From positions 1-36,601 of the forward strand of contig JBBIPP010000012.1 of NCBI GenBank assembly GCA_037442745.1: 36,601 bases of DNA. Direction: 5' to 3'. This document shows, piece by piece, positions 33,982 through 36,601 of the stretch. The translations under genes were made by a program, and so were the position numbers. The DNA comes from an archaeon. Lineage in GTDB: Archaea; SpSt-1190; DYHY01. The first letter of the stretch is position 1; each line of letters begins with the position of its first letter. A model generated the notes under the pieces. It saw nothing but the letters and a program-made list of their open reading frames with translations, was not told the DNA's origin and ran no database searches.

Positions 33982-34581
33982 ATGGCGAAGAAAACAGAAA
34001 CCAAAAAGGCGGGGCTCTCGACCGGAAAAATCGCGCTGTTCTCAATTCTCGGGCTTGTCCTGTTGACTGCCCTATTTATAGGGGGAACCTACAACTCCCT
34101 AGTTTCCCTCGAGGAAGGGGTGTCTAACAAATGGGCGCAGGTGGAGACCCAGTACCAGCGAAGGGTTGATCTCATTCCGAACCTTGTAGCAACTGTCAAG
34201 GGCGCGGCAGCATTCGAATCCGGAACCCTTGAGGAGTTGACAAGGCTAAGGAGCCAGTGGCAGACGGCAGGCTCAGTTGACGCAAAAGTTGCGACTGCAA
34301 ACCAGATTGAATCGGCAATATCAAAGCTCCTCGTAATTTCCGAGAATTATCCCAAATTGACAGCTACCCAGAATTTCCAGGCTCTCCAAGACGAGCTTGC
34401 GAACACTGAGAACAAGGTAGCAGTCGAAAGGGGAAGGTTCAACGATGCTGTTCGTGGATATAACACAAAAGTTAGGATGTTTCCGACAAATTTCGTTGCT
34501 GGAATGTTCGGGTTCTCCCAGAAGACATATTTCGAGTCAGTGGAAGGTTCTGAGAAAGCTCCGACAGTCAATTTCGGCTAG
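33982..34581 (+). CDS. lemA: LemA family protein
   Basis: YNSLV..E..V..WAQVETQYQRRVDLIPNLV, ENYPKL, FPTNFVAGMFGF. Confidence 0.96.
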   Translation: MAKKTETKKAGLSTGKIALFSILGLVLLTALFIGGTYNSLVSLEEGVSNKWAQVETQYQRRVDLIPNLVATVKGAAAFESGTLEELTRLRSQWQTAGSVDAKVATANQIESAISKLLVISENYPKLTATQNFQALQDELANTENKVAVERGRFNDAVRGYNTKVRMFPTNFVAGMFGFSQKTYFESVEGSEKAPTVNFG

Positions 34582-35178
34582 AACGGGATTATTGGAAGCC
34601 CGATAATTGTCCCGAGTTTCCATTAGCCAACTGAGAAAAACGTATTTTCAATTGGAAGGCGGAACGATTGGGGCTGTCTCGCCCGCCTTTCAGAAGAATA
34701 TTTCGGGGAAATTTCTCGTTATCTGGCTTAAATCTGGCCGATTTCAAAGGTTTATTGCGATTCTTATCTTGACTTTTCCGAACTGGGAGAATCCGCCCGG
34801 AGAAGGGAGAGGGCGTCCTTTTTCATGGAAAGCGAGGGGGCTCCGGCAAACTACCTGATACTTTCCCTTGAAAGTTCAGGAGCTGTTCTAGTTCCGACAG
34901 AGGAAATTTCCGCGTTTTTCGATTATTTCGAGCTCGCCCGTCCGGGAAATCCGGATAAGCTCTCCCTCTCGGAAGCTATTCTCTACCGGGATTTTGGAAT
35001 TGTCAACATTGTTGGAAATTCCCTCGAAAAAGACGAAAAATGAGTCCTGCTAATAGGCGCTTTCAATCAAATCACATTTTCGGAGAACTTCCCGGGAATT
35101 TCCTTTGAAGAGCCCGCCTTTTCGAGGGAATATGTCAGGAAATCTTCCGAATACACTGGTTTCCTTCCGGAAGGCTAA
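34582..35178 (+). pseudogene. pseudogene with three in-frame stops (possible TraB/GumN/ChaN-like fold)
   Basis: one frame reads IIVPSFH*PTEK...SRYLA*IWPISKVYCDSY...GAVLVPTE...YRDFGIVNIVGNSLEKDEK*VLLIGAFNQI...; stops TAG 34624, TAA 34729, TGA 35041; ends at TAA 35176-35178. Confidence 0.6.
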
Positions 35179-35924
35179 TGATTGAAGAACGCTTGTTCAT
35201 TCTTTTCAATTGCCCTAACAAAAGCCTCTCTTGAAATCCCCCGAATTTCGGAGATTTTTCCAATTGTCAGGGAAATGTTCGCTGGCTCGTTATCCTCCTT
35301 TTGGACTGGCCCAAGGGAAGGGGCGTCAGATTCCAAAAGAAGCCTCTCTATAGGAAGCGCTTTAGCCAATTCCTGTTTTTGCGGGCTCCGGAAAATTGAC
35401 GGCGGTATTGAGAAGAAAATATTATTGTTCCTTTTGATTGCTTCAAGGGCATAGAATGCTCGCCCGTCAAATGCATGCATCAGTATTTTTCCGGAAAACC
35501 CGGACTTTTCAAGCTCGGCCAACGCATATTTTCCCGCGCTCCTCGAGTGTATTGTCAGGGGGAGCTTCAGCTCCTCGGCAAGGGAAATTCCTGCCAGGAA
35601 AGCTTTTCTTTGTAGCTCCTTTTCGGCGTCAGTTGCCTTTAGAAAGTCAAGGCCGATTTCCCCGATTCCGGCAAGCCTTCCCTTGTTTCTCCTTATTAGC
35701 TCAATGCGTTCTTCAAATTTCCCGACCTCCTTTTGGTCGTTAGAGGCAATCCCTATTGTCACAAGAACCTCTGCATGCATTCCGGCAATCTCAATGCTTT
35801 TGGCAACCGACTCTTCCGAGAGAGCGGAAGTAATGAATTTCCCAATTCCAGCTTCCTTCGCCCTTTCAAGCCTTCTTCCAAGGTCGGAAAGAAGGTCAAG
35901 GTGGCAATGGAAATCGGTCAGCAC
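35175..35924 (-). CDS. tatD: TatD family DNase
   Basis: DFHCHLD, GEIGLDF, IHSR, MHAF, LLESDAP. Confidence 0.95.
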   Translation of the reverse strand: MLTDFHCHLDLLSDLGRRLERAKEAGIGKFITSALSEESVAKSIEIAGMHAEVLVTIGIASNDQKEVGKFEERIELIRRNKGRLAGIGEIGLDFLKATDAEKELQRKAFLAGISLAEELKLPLTIHSRSAGKYALAELEKSGFSGKILMHAFDGRAFYALEAIKRNNNIFFSIPPSIFRSPQKQELAKALPIERLLLESDAPSLGPVQKEDNEPANISLTIGKISEIRGISREAFVRAIEKNEQAFFNH

Positions 35925-35978
35925 GCAGGGAGGTTTTCCGGCAAGAATTATATACTTTTACCAATCTTTCTGAAGCCA

Positions 35979-36227
35979 ATGCCTGACGAGGAAAGGGAAG
36001 CGACAGTATATAACCTGATTTCAAAGCTCAAAAGTGCGCCCGTTCCAAAAACTGAGATTGAGAAAACCGGTTTCGAGGATTGGAGCCCTAACGAGACTGC
36101 CCAGCTTCTTTCCTCACTTCTTTCAGCCGAAATGGTTGTGGAAGACGAAAAAGGCAATCTTTCTCCCGGAAAAAAAGGGCTTTTTTTCTTCAAACGAGTC
36201 CGGAGAAAAAGGCAAGGATTTGTCTAG
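35979..36227 (+). CDS. small winged-helix-like hypothetical protein
   Basis: ATG 35979 after TATA-like ttatata; SPNETAQLLSSLLSAEMVVEDEKGNLSPGKKG. Confidence 0.6.
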   Translation: MPDEEREATVYNLISKLKSAPVPKTEIEKTGFEDWSPNETAQLLSSLLSAEMVVEDEKGNLSPGKKGLFFFKRVRRKRQGFV

Positions 36228-36287
36228 GAGGAGCCCCTTTCCCCGAAACAAAAAGTTTATAAAGAATTGACTACTATTAGGTAGTTT

Positions 36288-36548
36288 ATGAAAACAGGAA
36301 TAGGAATAGAAGCCAAGGACGGGGAGCTTTCAGTTTATTTAAAAGCCCAGGGAACTCCTGATGTTCCTGAGTCAAGAATCCCTCTTTCCCTCTCTCCTAT
36401 TGAGCCCTCAATGGTTCCATCTGGAATGAAGCCGGTAAGGGTTCTTCTCGGAGGTCAAGGAACTTCCGAAATTAGATATGCTTGTCTTGGGGGAAAATAT
36501 GCAATGTTTAACCCGAACACAGAAAATTATTGCCTTGTAAAACAATAG
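36288..36548 (+). CDS. hypothetical protein (86 aa)
   Basis: ATG ORF with TATA-like tttataa upstream. Confidence 0.6.
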   Translation: MKTGIGIEAKDGELSVYLKAQGTPDVPESRIPLSLSPIEPSMVPSGMKPVRVLLGGQGTSEIRYACLGGKYAMFNPNTENYCLVKQ

Positions 36549-36601
36549 TTAGTGTTTATTTCTGCCTTTATTACAGCAATTTATTTTAACACTAGGAAAA
36601 T

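Noticed and set aside
36550-36595. Half-sites TAGTGTTTATTT and AACACTAG matching the trxA operator halves
   Set aside because: Neither forms a full palindrome, the context is AT-rich and the downstream gene is outside the window

Overview
This is a compact archaeal chromosome segment, probably DPANN-like; the lineage is inferred from the archaeal-type LeuRS, FEN1 with a PIP box, SepF, a C15orf41-family nuclease, an AN1 zinc finger, BRE/TATA promoters and surface proteins of DPANN/CPR type. Recognisable genes: polyprenyl diphosphate synthase, MGMT-like protein, fen, beta-CASP nuclease, AlaX editing protein, tRNA-Ser(TGA), tRNA-Ala(CGC), leuS, sepF, trxA-gapN-TrmB-like regulator, GIY-YIG nuclease, DEAD-box helicase, ABC-2 exporter, metallophosphoesterase, TPM/LemA and tatD. 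Main candidates for something undescribed: (1) a coupled, highly divergent proteasome beta-like plus alpha-like pair in actinobacterial prcB-prcA order, with one in-frame TGA in the alpha-like gene; (2) a wHTH-centred module with three copies of the palindrome GTTGTA-N7-TACAAC, next to an AT-rich patch that extends into the 3' third of fen; (3) a divergent diadenylate-cyclase-like protein; (4) a putative trans-membrane thiol-redox cluster near trxA-gapN, plus an unannotated 31-aa CCxC/(AKPK)4 peptide and tandem CACTAGTG operators; (5) a 24-bp tRNA-Ser 3'-end duplication resembling an att scar. Several accessory frames carry nonsense codons of all three types while core genes are intact, which points to pseudogenisation rather than recoding. 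All family assignments come from motif recognition by eye, with no database search.
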